Of a stretch of 64,000 nucleotides of DNA, positions 23,292-36,777 are shown piece by piece. Numbering within the stretch: position 1 is the stretch's first letter; each line of letters starts with the position of its first letter. Position numbers and translations under genes: made by a program. The notes below the pieces were generated by a model that ran no database searches, was not told the origin of the DNA, and saw only the letters and a program-made list of their open reading frames with translations. Source of the DNA: Octopus sinensis (Eukaryota); the NCBI RefSeq assembly GCF_006345805.1, contig NC_042998.1, positions 162,068,001-162,132,000 on the forward strand. The letters run 5' to 3'.

Positions 23292-25174
23292 CTGAAGTTT
23301 TATATATTCCATAGAAGAGCTGAATGTCGGGTTTTACATTAATATTTTCTTATGAGTTATGGTAAAGTGTAAGCCCTAGGAAGGATAACAAAATTATTTT
23401 GTAAGGTATATTTTTAATGAAAAATTTTGTTAAGTATAATAATAATAATAATGAAATTATGAAATTATTCTGTACAGTGCTCAGGTGCACCACAATATTA
23501 ACATAAAGACAGACGAAATATCATTAAACATTTCGTTCGGTGTGCTAATAATTCTGCCTTCAGTCAGTCTAATATAAAGATGTACTTACATCGGTTTGCT
23601 TTAACTTCAATTTTTACAGGTTAACAGTGAAAACAAATGGACATAAGGAGAGTTTATTAGTACTAATAAAAAATTTGTAAAGAATTGGTTATATAGAAAA
23701 AATGGAGTTTATAAAAATCAAAGAGAATACATTGTAAGTTTAGTTTGTTAGTAAAATCAAAATAGCTACACTAAATATTTTCATCTAACCTACCTGTAAA
23801 TTTTGATTTCCATAGACTACCAATGATGTGATAAGAATTTATTAACTTTCAAGAGGACTTGGAGGAACTCCTTTTTTGGTGATTGGGAAGGGGTGGGGAA
23901 ATTGATTCTTGAAGTGCATACAAAACTTTTAATAATAGCATGTAAATATTAGATCAGAAACCCTTTTTAGGATAGACAAGAAAAAATTAAAGGCCACCCA
24001 TGAGACTCAAACTCACATCCTCTCATCAGTAGAGATGTAATTATAATAATTAGGAGAAGTTTTCTGATTTAGGCTCAATGCTAGCAAATTCAAAATAAAT
24101 GGGTTACTCCATACTATTGACCCCAAAACTTAACTAGTCCTTTTTTCATCAACTCTGGAAGGATGAAAGGCAAAAGTGAACCTCAGCAGGATTTGAACTC
24201 AAAAGTAATGTGCTGAATGAAATACCTCAAGGCTCAAACAATGCTCAATGCTCACTGATATAAAGATGTAATATCCATGACCAGAAATGAAGGCAACATA
24301 TAATTTACTTGATTTCCATACTGTGGCAAGGGTAGCAGATATGTGAGACATTACATTACATTATATGATATTTTTAAGTTCATTTCTCCAGATTTTCAAA
24401 GCCAGTACTGAAAGTTATGGTGTGTCATATACAAATTATTCTATATAAATGATGCAATTGAAGATATAAAGAATAGGTAATGAGCGTATATGCATAGAGT
24501 TATTGCTCTTTCATCAGCACCACATCCAACCATTCAACTCTCCATGAACTCATTACTTAAATACCCACTAAGTTTAATTGTGTAGCACCGTTGCTAGCCA
24601 TAAATATTTACATACATATAGACAATATTAGTGAGTTCAAACCCTTCTAAAAGACATGATAATTTTATTTTCAGTATCATTTGAGGTTGATAAAAAAACA
24701 CACTTATCTGATCCCATCTCACATATTTTGAAAATTCTTTTACTATTTTGTGGTATTTGGACTGCAACCATTCTGGTGCAGAACATGTAATGGTTTTATT
24801 TATTTACATTCACTTGAGTTCTTTGGTACTTATTTCATTATGTTTTTATGACATTAGGCAAAGACTACCTTCACATAGAAAGAATAACACAGTTGAAGCT
24901 AAAAACCAAAAGGTATTTTTGTTCATCATAGTTTTGTTTAATCATAATTTCATAATATTCATCTCCATAGACACACTCACACTTGTGTATGTGAGAATGG
25001 TTTTGGAACAATTTTTATCTACCAAATTCCTTTTGTAAGGCATTAGACAATGCCCAAGGTTATACAAAAATACTTGGGCAGAGGGCCATGCAATAATATT
25101 GACCCTGGCTCTTTGTGAGCACAGAAACAAACTTATTAACCACACAACCATTCCTGCTTCATTAATATATTCAC

Positions 25175-25239
25175 CCAAATCTGTTTGGAACAACACAACA
25201 GCAATATCAACAATATTCCTGACCCAGTGTTTAAAGATA
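25175..25239 (-). CDS. Candidate exon IFKHWVRNIVDIAVVLFQTDL
   Basis: gatcttcctacag|TATCTTT...GATTTGG|gtgaat. Phase 2 to 1. The frame also stays open about 78 codons past the donor (ORF 24942-25196). Confidence 0.4.
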
Positions 25240-25499
25240 CTGTAGGAAGATCTATCTTAAGGCAGCTTGGAAGCAATTATCTACACAGGATCGGCATTAT
25301 TATTATTATTGTTCTTTTTATTATTATTATTGATAACCAGTATCAAATTAAAATTTTTTTAACATTCTTTCTATGTATTATATTTTTATTCTCTACATTA
25401 AATGTTTGACACACACACACACACAATGTGTATATCCATATGTGTGAATATCTGTATATATGTGTGTGTAGGTATTCATGAGTTCATGTGTGTGTGTTT

Positions 25500-25537
<38 letters not shown>

Positions 25538-25999
25538 AGTCTATATATACATATATGCACATAAATATGGTAACCAGAATGAGACAAAAATTTCAAAAAG
25601 TGATGGGGGGAAAAAAAGGAGAAAAATTCTTTATAATTCAAAGATTTTTACATAAAATATAATTAGACTAAAGAGAAAATGCATGCTAAATGAATGCATT
25701 TAATGAAAAGCTTGTGTGTAATATATTAGGGAGTCATTTTTGGTCATGGAACCATTTATCAATGAATAATTTCTTGTGAAAAGGCCCTTTGGTAATGTGA
25801 AAGTGTACATTGTACAGGATGTAAGCTATGAGCCATCAGTGTACCTTTGTCCTTGTGATCTAATTACTCTGATGGGAGTCATCGAACATATTGCATTGTT
25901 CAGTTTTTTTGTTTCCAGAAATTAATTTCAATCAATGCTGCTTATTCCTAGCTATTGGCAATTCTTTACATAGATCATGACACTGCAGCATTTTCTTAT

Positions 26000-26038
26000 T
26001 TGTGCATGAGCATACATGCAAGTGCATGCACTTATATA

Positions 26039-26080
<42 letters not shown>

Positions 26081-26144
26081 TTATTATATACTTATATGTA
26101 AATACATATATATATATATATATACACACACATATACTTAGATG

Positions 26145-26185
<41 letters not shown>

Positions 26186-26825
26186 CTTAGACATACATAT
26201 ATATACATAAATATGTACACATATATGCATATACTTATATATACACACATGTAAACATGTATATGTATACTTATACATACACGTGCATATATATCTACTT
26301 ATACATATATATACTTATACATATATGTGCATATATATATATATGCACACACTTATAAGTGTTTATGTATGTATATACATATATGTACACTTATATGTAC
26401 ATGCATATATATACACACTTATAAGTATGCATATGCACATCTACATACTTACGTATATATATATATATATATATATATAGGGAGAAAGAGAGAGAGAAGA
26501 GAGAGGGAAAGAGAGACATACACACAGGTATATGAAGACATCAATTTATTTATAGAGCTATGTATGTTTTTATTCATGTGTATGTATGCATTTATGTATA
26601 TGTGAATAGGTATGCATATATAATATAAATCACCATATGCATATATTGTTCGATCATAGAAATTAGACACATAATTTTAATGGAAGCTGCAATATGTATA
26701 AAGAAAAATACTTTAAATATGAATGAATGAATGAAGACATGTACTTGTTTTCACGTGTGTGTGCATACATTTATGCACACACAAACCCATACATACATAC
26801 AAACATATCTACATATACATATAAA

Positions 26826-26869
<44 letters not shown>

Positions 26870-27095
26870 CATATATACACACACACAGATATGTATATTT
26901 TTATATACGCAGATACACATGCATATACTTATATGTACATTTGCAATTATGCATGTCGGTGTATATGTATTTCGTAAATACAGTATTATCTAACATAGTC
27001 ATATGCAAGTAGACAGACACTCAGATACATGTTTCAAATTCATACATATTTAAATATATACGTATTTATATACATATATGTGTGTGTGTGTCTGC

Positions 27096-27140
<45 letters not shown>

Positions 27141-28020
27141 AATATGTATGCATGTGTGTGTATGTATATATATATGTATATATATATATATACATATACA
27201 TAGAATCACTCACTCAGATGTATGCACATACACATACACATATATAATATATAAATGTGAGAATGTATGTATATATGAAGATATGGAAGTGAAAGATAAA
27301 GAAATACAAACAACTGCCTATTATATATAATAACTATAAACTATATTTTCTTTCTTTAATAACAAATACAACAATACTTTGTTTCTGAAATTCATTCAGT
27401 TTATTTGCTCTGGCATTTATCCTTGAATCACTTAACTTCTTATACAAATGCACATATAGATTTACACACATATTTACATACACGCACTTACCCACATACA
27501 TTTCAAAATACACATGTATACAAATACATTTAAAAACATACTTTACACATAGACATTTAAACATATTGATATACATGGAAATACACATGTTAATGGACAA
27601 TCATTCACACAACTACAATTATACACATATATTTTCATATACATTTTCAAATGCTTAGTTTGGTGTATATATCAACACACATATTTATGTATACATTCAC
27701 TAACATATACTGATATATAGTTTTACATATATTTTACGCAGACATTTACATATACACATTTATTTACATGCACTTATATTCTATATGTAGAGTTAAGGAC
27801 ATACACATAAATTTATATGTATGTATTCATTTTCACATATACAGTTAAATACATACATTTGCACTTACATACACATTTAGATATATGCATTTACAAACAT
27901 GTATTTTTGTATATACTTTTACACCCATACCTTTACATATGCATTTACACATATTTACATATATTTAGAAATATATATTTGCATACACATATATACACAC
28001 ACACACTTATACATGTAGAC
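26000..28020. repeat. ~2-kb degenerate TA/CA/TG low-complexity tract
   Basis: Continuous mixed dinucleotide-derived sequence. Source of many spurious ORFs. Confidence 0.9.
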
Positions 28021-28464
28021 ACAGGTGTGATTGTGCGATAAGAAGTTTGCTTCCCAACCACATGGTTCTGAGTTCAGTCTCACTGTGTGGCACCTTAAGA
28101 AAGTGTCCTCTACTATAGCCCCAGGCTGATCAAACCTTGTGAAACTGAAAGAAGCTTGTTGTGTGTGTATGTGTGTGTGCAAATATATGTGTGTCTATAT
28201 TTGTTCCCCTCGACCAGTGTTGATGTTTCATGTGTTTACATCCCTGTAACTTAGCGCTTCATCAAAAGAGACCAACAGAATAAGTACCAGTCTCAAAAAA
28301 CATCTCCTGGAGTTGATTCATTCAATTAAAATTCCCCAAGGTGGTGCTCCAGCATGGACACTGTCTAATGACTGAAACAAAGAAAAGCTAAAAGATATAT
28401 TCACACTCTTACATTGATACATATATATTCATTTAAATAATATTTACACACATAGAGGCATAAA

Positions 28465-28880
28465 CATGGCTGTGTGGTAAGACGCTTGTTTCCCACCCAC
28501 ATGGTTCTGGGTTCAGTCCCACTGCATGGCACCTTGGGCAAGTGTCTTCTACTATAGCCCTGGGCCAACCAAAGTCATGTGAGTGGATTTGGTTGATAGA
28601 AACTGAAAGAAACCTAAGGCTGCAAGCTGGCAGAAACATTAGCATGCTGGGCGAAATGCTTGGCGATATTTCATCTGCCACTACATTCTGGGTTCAAATT
28701 CTGCCAAGGTCGACTTTGCCTTTTATCCTTTCGGGGTCGATTTAATAAGTACCAGTTATGCACTGGGGTCAATAGAATCAACTTAATCCGTTTGTCTGTC
28801 CTTGTTTGTCCCCTCTGTGTGTAGCCCCTTGAGGGCAGTAAAGAAACAAGAAACTGAATGAAACCTGCAGTATGTATATA
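28465..28880 (+). mobile_element. Family A SINE with a nested family B SINE (28616-28848)
   Basis: TSD agaaactgaaagaaacct (28598-28615) / agaaactgaatgaaacct (28849-28866). Confidence 0.85.
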
Positions 28881-28989
28881 TATATATATGCTTTTACATG
28901 GCATTACATTGGGTGCTTTTATGTGATACTGCCACAAGTGCTTTACACCACCAGTGTGACTGCTCTTCACACTTCTGCTGCAGAGTACA

Positions 28990-29195
28990 GGTCTTCTTGA
29001 ATTCAGTAAGGCACCTTTGTCATCTTGCATGAAAGGTTCAGCATGCTGAGGTTGTTCTTCAGTATTTCATTCCACATCTTCCTGGGTTTCCCACTTCCAC
29101 ATGTTCCATCTACTTTCAGAGATCAGCTCTTCTTTATGGAGCTATCAGCATCCATCCTCACCACATGACCAAATCAGTACAGTTTTCTCTCTTTA
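28990..29195 (-). mobile_element. Decayed RTE LINE ORF C-terminal fragment
   Basis: The minus strand gives the RTE C-terminal signature W.GHVVRMDADSSIKKS*SLKVDGTCGSGKPRKMWNEILKNNL. Confidence 0.8.
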
Positions 29196-29954
29196 TATAT
29201 GTACACATTTCTGCACATATTTATACACATTTATGCAACTCCACATACATGCATATATCTACACCCATAAATTTTTGCACATAAATTTACACATGTGCAT
29301 TTATTTATGCACATATATTTAAACACACACTTACACATGGAATTGCAAATACATACATTTACACACGTATGTGCACACATGCATTCACACACATAGTTAC
29401 ACCTATATATTTCCATATACACATTTGCACATGCATTTTATCTTTTAGCATTCTTTCATTTGTCTTTTACTTATTTCAGTCATAGGACTGCGGCCATGCT
29501 GGGGCACTGCATTGAAGGATTTTAGGCAAACAAATCAACACCAGTACTCATGATTTTTAAAGCCTGGTACTTATTCTGTTGGCCTCTTTTGCCAAACTGT
29601 TAAGTTATGGGAATGGAAACAAGATAACACCAGTTGTCAACTGATAGGTGGGACACACACAAATACCACAGGCTTCCACACAGTTTCCATTTCTACTCAC
29701 AAAACTTTGGTCAGCCAAGAACTATAGTAGAAGACTTGCACAAGGTACTGGCCAATGGGATTGAACCAAAAACCATGTGGTTGCAAAGTGAGCTTCTTAA
29801 CCACACAGCTGTATACACTCAAGCATATAATGCTTTATTTTCCATTCCCTCATATTAATATGTATCTAATGAATGGATTAACAGTGATGTTATTGCAGTA
29901 ATATAACACTGATGAATCCAAAGACGCGGTTTTCAGCAAAATAAAAAATCTTAC

Positions 29955-29992
29955 TGGCCACAGAAAAACAAGACTTTGTGTGGTACGAGCAC
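29955..29992 (-). CDS. 38-nt candidate exon VLVPHKVLFFCG(H)
   Basis: ttttttttttatctgtttgatatagctag|GTGCTC...GGCCA|gtaaga. Strong sites. All frames are open, so the frame is inferred from the chain. Confidence 0.45.
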
Positions 29993-30103
29993 CTAGCTAT
30001 ATCAAACAGATAAAAAAAAAACTGATCCTATTTATAATAATGTCTAAGTGTCAAGATTATCCTAAATATCACCCATGTTGTCATATATATATATATGTGT
30101 GTG

Positions 30104-30154
<51 letters not shown>

Positions 30155-33100
30155 TGGGGGGGTTGTATGTGTGTATTCATGTTTGTATATATGTGCATTT
30201 GTGCGTGTTGATGTGTGCGAATAGTTGTGAGCATGTGTATATGTGTGTATCTGTATATGTGTGTATGTCTGTGTGTAGCTTGAAGATATCTTCTTTAGAT
30301 AAGGGTATCAACTGCAACATGCGATAAATAATCGTTCCTTGAGTACAAAGATCATTTGTCAGTAAATGGATACGGCAGATATCAGAAGAAATCATTTACT
30401 GGAATCTAATCTGTTGGAATGTCTGTTAGATGGAGCCGGGTAGAGTGATGAGGAGCGGAGGGGGCATTTTTTTTTTTAGAGTAGGGGTTGGTAGGATTAG
30501 TTGAGAACCAAAATTTTAAACATACATGCCTTTAACTTTACCTCTCTCCCCACCCTACATCCTAAATTTACTTGAATGGTTCATATATAACCTCCACTCA
30601 CTCTGCTTTCCTCTATTTAGATTTACCATATTGTGACACTGGTGAGGGTGGTTGGTCGCTAGCTTTTATATTGGGGTGCCAGGGACAAGGGGGTTTCTTA
30701 CTGCAGAGGATGGCGATGATGATAATGATGCTCATGATCATGATACTGATCAAGATTATGATGATGATGATGATGATGATAATGTTGATGATCATCATCA
30801 TGGATATCATGATGATGATACTGAGGATACTAATGATGGAAGAGGTAGCGATGAATTGGTCATGAATATATCATAAAAAATGGGTTTGATTATTTCCAAT
30901 GTATCTGACATCAGAAATAAAGAGTTAAATGTGTGGATTAGTTAGCATATTAAAAGTTTACTAAAGGTAGCAAGCTAGCAGAACCATTAACTCAGTGGAC
31001 AAAATGCTTAGAAGCATTTTCTCCATCATTACATTCTGAGTTCAAATTCCAGCAAAGTTGGCTTTGTCTGTTATCCTTTTGGGCGTCAATAAAATAAGTA
31101 CCAAGTTGAATGCTGCGATTGACTATCTTCCATTCTGCAAATTTTGGGCATTGTGCCTATAGCAGAAAGAACATTATTTTCTTGCCAAGCAAACAAGAAA
31201 GATAACTTTGAATATTCCTGAATTCTTAGCTTTTGTCAGTGGAAATAGAATCTGCATTCTTGTTAGTGTTTACCATTGAAATAGCATTGTTGCTTGGCTC
31301 CAGGTCAACCTTGATTAAGCAAAGCTGTGATTAATGGAATGCCAACAATTTATATAACAGGAACATGTCCTTTTTTTAACGACATAGGATGTAATTTGAG
31401 AGACTGGTTGTTATATCTAGCATGAGTGGCTAAGACTATGCACAGACATTGATGCTTTTGTTTATATTTAGACCCATGTCAGCTGTAATTGAGCATACCT
31501 ATAACCAGAGATTCCAGCTGTGACCATCCCAGCTTTGTGCATTATTCAATCGCTATTTAAATGTAGTAGGTTTCGAGGGCACTTTGGGCACTATTTTTCA
31601 CATGTTGCATGACTTCACAGTAGCTTCTTCATTATCTTAGCTTCCTTGTTATTATCGGTGTCTGTAGTAGAGGTGGTTGTATTGTAGTGTAAGTGTTGGT
31701 GATCATGTTCACTGTGGTGGTGTTGGTAGTGCTAGTGGTATAGTTAGTATTTTTGCTATTAGGGTAGTGTTGGTGGTGTAGTAGTTGTTGCTGTTGTTGG
31801 TGTTGATGGTGTTAGTAATGATGGTGTTGTCACTGTTGTTATTGTTGTCAACGATGATGGTGTAATTGTTGTGGTGGCAGTGGCAGAGGTGCTAGTAGTG
31901 TTTACGGTACTCATGGTACAGTATGCGAAAGGGAAGCTGGCCAAGGCTCATTTAGATGGAATGGTGCAATTTCTATTTTTAATAACACTTCCTTTAACAT
32001 CACCATCATCATCATCATCAACATCATCAATGATTTAACTACCCCCACCACTACTACTACTTCTGCTGCTACTGCTAACACTGCTACAACTTTACCTATT
32101 AAATATTATAATTATAATTCATAAACCAGTGGCACCCCTCCCTACCTTTCCCCTAACCTTTCCAGTTTCCATTAAAAAATTTTTTTTCCTTATTACAGTC
32201 TGTTATTGTTGAGACCCCCAGATTGGCATTGAATGAGTATATATGGGATCAAAGACATCCCAGCTATGATTATCTTGTTTCTTAAATCTTTTTCTTCCAA
32301 ATGATATCATCTAATATGTCTTCCCTGATTTTAAAATAGCAGGAAGTGACTGTGCTGTTTGAAACCTTTTAATACAAGCCCACCTAAGACCACCCTTGGT
32401 TTTATTGTACAAATTTCCTGTTTCAATGTGATCTAAATTAAAGCCTTGCATTAGAATTTCTTAATAAGGTCAAAGATATTATACTAAATTCCTCATTATT
32501 TTAAAAATTAATTGAAGGTTGATCTCAAAACTCTGGACTTTATGAAAAGGATGAAAGAGGACAGAGATATGTGATGCAATGCTGTACTCAAGAAGACCCA
32601 CCCACCACAACAGAATCAAGATCCTAAAACCGAAGTGTCTCACAAAAAGCACTGGTATGGGTACTGGTGCCCTGTAAAAAGCATAGGGGATGGTGCCCTG
32701 TAAAAAGCACCCAGTGCACTCTGTAAAGTGGTTGGTATTAGGGAGGGCATCCAGCCATAGAAACCAAACAGACTATGGAACCTGGTGTGGAGCCTGGCCT
32801 TGTGCCAATTCCTGTCAAGCCCTTTAAAGCAAGCTGGCATGGAAAACAGGCATTAAATGTATTAAATGTTAATGATGATGAATTGAAACAAAAAACAGTA
32901 TATGTCAACAGAAATATGGTAACAAAAGAGTTAAGTCACGGGCACACCAGGAAGTTTTGGGAGGGTGGAGGTGCTCACAGGTCTAGGGGTTCAATTTTGA
33001 TCAATATATGGTGTGGTTTGTTATCAATAACTAACTACTATAGGGCTCCAGTATATGTAGGAGCCTATAATGTTACTAAAATAGCCTTGATTAGTGATTT

Positions 33101-33923
33101 GAGTGAAGTTTAGTTATCATTTCTAACAGGTCAAATGAACACATCTTTTATCATTTACTTGTTTCAGTCATTAGACTGTTGCCATGCTGGAGCACTGCCT
33201 TGAAAACTTTTAGTCAAACAAATTGACCCTAGTACTAATTAATAAAATTTATTCTATCAGCCTCTTTGCCAAACTGCTAGGTTACAGGGATGAAAACACA
33301 CCAACACTGGTTGTTGAGCAATGATATGGGACAAACACAGACACAAAGATATACACACATGCACAAATATGTGTTTATATATGAGAGACTCCTTTCAGTT
33401 TCTGTCTACCAAATCCACTCACAAGACTTTGGTCAGCCTGAGGTTAAAGTAGAAGACACTTGCCCAAGGTTCCACATTGAGACTGAACCTGGAAGCATGC
33501 AGTCGGGAAGCAAGCTTCTTACCACACAGCCATGCCCAGTGCTTAGATGTAAACTTCTTCACAGGTTTTGCTTTTTGTCTTGGTCACGAATACAACTTTG
33601 ATATGGCATTTTGTCAATTATGGTTCTTATATTCTTCTAACTCAGAATTATGTTTGTTTATTTATTTATGTCCTTTAGCAATAAATATGGTCAACAAGAC
33701 CAAAAAGAAAGTATATGTTTATGCTTTAAACATTTAGAGGTTATTTTTAGATTCTTCCATTATAAGATTCAGAATTTGTTACCATTTATTTATTTATTTA
33801 TTTATTTATTCATTCATTTATTTTACATTGCCATTTGGGAGCAGCAGTGTCACTGGTTAGTTTTCCATCAGGTCAGTGACTGGTTCACTGCTTTTCCGAA
33901 GGAGAGAGTGACAAGAGATTCAC

Positions 33924-33963
33924 TTTAATGTGGTTCAAATGACTTCGTTCTTTGCAAAAGACT
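33924..33963 (-). CDS. 40-nt candidate exon VFCKERSHLNHIK
   Basis: gatacttttcag|AGTCTT...ATTAAA|gtgaat. Single open frame, phase 2 to 0. Confidence 0.35.
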
Positions 33964-35912
33964 CTGAAAAGTATCAGATTTTTGCCAATTTTTACATCGT
34001 TTATGAGTATACATAGGCCAAAAAATGTAAACAATGTAAACATGTCTGCATACGTACATAAATGCATACATACACATATATACACATGCATACATTGATA
34101 CATACATATATACATACATGATGCAAGCCCATCTAATATATATATATGTATACACACACATACATATACATGTATGCATTGTTGTGTTGGGGCTGTGTTT
34201 GCCCCACCACCACCACCACCACCATTTCACAGCTGGTATTGGTTTGTTTAAGTTCTCATAACTTAGTGGTAAGGCAAAAGGGACTGATAGAATAAGTGCC
34301 AAACTTTAAACGACAGGTAGTGATGTTGTTTTGTTTGACTAAAATCCTTCAAGATAGGGCTCCAGCATGGCCACAGGCCAATGACTGAAACAAGTACAAG
34401 AGATATGTATATACACACTTATATATATATATATATATATATGCATGCTTGCTTGCTTACTTGCTCATAATTGCTTACATACATATAAAAACAATGAATT
34501 AGCAGTGTACTTTGTGGTCTTTGTTCTGGCTCTCAGTATTTTAAAATTCAAATCCCACGAATGTCATCTATGCCTTTCACCCTTTCTGGGTCAAAGAATA
34601 AAATATCAGTTTTATTCTGGAGTCAGTTCTCTTTTTAGGTCATTCAGCCAGCTAGGAATAACAGCTAAATTTCTCTTAAACTACAAACTACACTCATTCA
34701 TTTTAAAAAAGACAAAAATAAAATAATATAGTTCTGTGCTCCATGCAGGTAGGAAACAATCAAGATGGTCATATCAGGAACACCTTTGACTATATAACTT
34801 TTATCAAGATTATCCAAGGTAACAACTATTGCAGATATGTAGTTATTATTGGTATGAATATTGTTTAACCCCAGGTCAAGTGTCATAATGTGTTCCAACT
34901 ATAATCATAACATCTGTCTTTTTTTTCAGATATACTGGGTTCTATAATTATCCAATACATCATTTCTATTTTTTTAAGCTTATAGTTTATAATTTGAGAG
35001 ATACAACTGCTATTTTTAGCAGGACATACAACCACAAAGAGCTTTCTTCTTTTAGCATTGAGCATTACTTAGCTTTACAGAACACAGAGATATAGCATGG
35101 CTTTGGCTGCACTGTGGAGGTTGCCAAATTAACCATTCACTTCCTTAAATCTAACATACCTTCATCTCTTTGCCAAAAGTAGTCTACCTAGGTGGTCTCT
35201 TAACATCACATAACCACACTATGTCATTAAAGAATGGCTCGAATAGGTTAACTTATTTTCACAGACATTTTAGTTCTACCTGATTCAACGTACATTTTCT
35301 TTCTTTCTGAATTGGGAATGATTGAGCAGTAATTAATACCTGACTAGGGTCAGGAAAATGAAGAAACTTCAATGTAGTCCCTTAGGCTGTTAGAACTAAC
35401 CATAATCTTAATTCTAATACTGGTTTCAAATTTTGATATAAGGCCAGCAATTTTAGGAAGGGGATAAGTTGATTACATTGACCCCAGAACTCTAATGGTA
35501 CTTATTTTGTCCTTCCTGAAATCATGAAAGACAAAGTCGACCCTGGTGGCATTTGAACTCTGAACGTCAAAATGGATGAAATGCCACTAAACATTTTGCT
35601 CAGCATGCTTTCCTCCTTAATCTTAATATTAATCCAAAGGCTAAATCTTTTTGGAATCACATTCCATTATCAAAAAGGGAAAAACTAATGGTAAGATTTT
35701 CTGTATCTTTTAAAATTGAAAATGTAGCCCCAAAATAGGCGAAAATTCCTGGGCATACCTGTGACTATATATTTGTGCCACAGTATTTAGGCCAAAGAAA
35801 CATGAGAGCAACAGTAAGGGGACACTGGGCATGATGTATGTCCATAGATATAGTAGTAACTTTTGTGTGGCATTGAGGTTAAAAAGAGACAATGTACATT
35901 CTTCCACATATA

Positions 35913-36777
35913 TAGAGGTTGTGGTGAATGTATTGTTGTCTAAATTATGCAAAACTGAAAATGACACTGACATCTCAATTTAACAGATATATTTACCAAA
36001 ATTTTACAAAAATATCTTGAAATACTAAAGAATAAATTTATTCAATAAAATTGCCATTGGCTTCAACCACAGCCTCCAGACGACTTTGGAGTCTTCTGCA
36101 ACTCTTCTGGATGATCTCCTTGTTTAAGTTGGTGAATTCTGCCATAATCCTTGCCTTCAGTTCATTTTAGTGTTACAAACATTTTGTTGATCTCTTGCTC
36201 AACTGCGCTCCACTCATAATAATCAAGGGGGATGCAGTCTGGGGAGTTAGGTGGCCAGATGTTAGGGGTGATGTGGTCACAAAAATTGTCTGACAACCAC
36301 AACTGGGTCCTCCTGCTCGGTGCAGAATCCTGTTGCCAGACATAAGGTCTTCCAGCAGCCACCCTCTTGGCCCAGGGCAGCACTACCTCGTCCAGGCACT
36401 TGATGTAGGCCTCTGTTTTGAGTGTGAGGCCGTGTGAGAAGATGAATGGATGCATAACATCGTCATCACTAGTGATCACTCCAAACACCATGATGTTGAC
36501 GAGATGTTTGATTTTTATTACTCTCAATACATGTCCTCAGATTAACACACAAACACACTGAAATGTTTGTATTGGAGCTTCCAGCATGAATGCCAAGCAG
36601 TACAGCATGTCGTTTCCAAATTTCTGTCAGAGTGAATTGTATCATGGTGCTGTTGTTCTTACAGATGGTGCCCAAAGGACCCTACTATACTCTGTAATTG
36701 ACAAAATCAAAAACAAACAATGCACATGCAGAAAAATTGAAAATATAAACTGGCAACAATTTACTCATCGCACCCTG
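35913..36777 (-). mobile_element. Internally deleted maT-type (Tc1/mariner) transposon, 865 bp, both TIRs and TA TSD
   Basis: TIRs cagggtgcgatgagtaaattgttgcc (reverse of 36752-36777) and degenerate tagaggttgtggtgaatgtattgttgtc at 35913. TA at 35911-12 and 36778-79. ORFs MIQFTLTEIWKRHAVLLG and KHLVNIMVFGVITSD...QQDSAP...WPPNSPDCIPLD. Confidence 0.9.

Noticed and set aside
30710-31900. D/H-rich and T/P-rich ORFs (30652-30876, 31759-31944; also 48265-48773)
   Set aside because: Degenerate GAT/GGT/GTT trinucleotide tracts without credible splice context.
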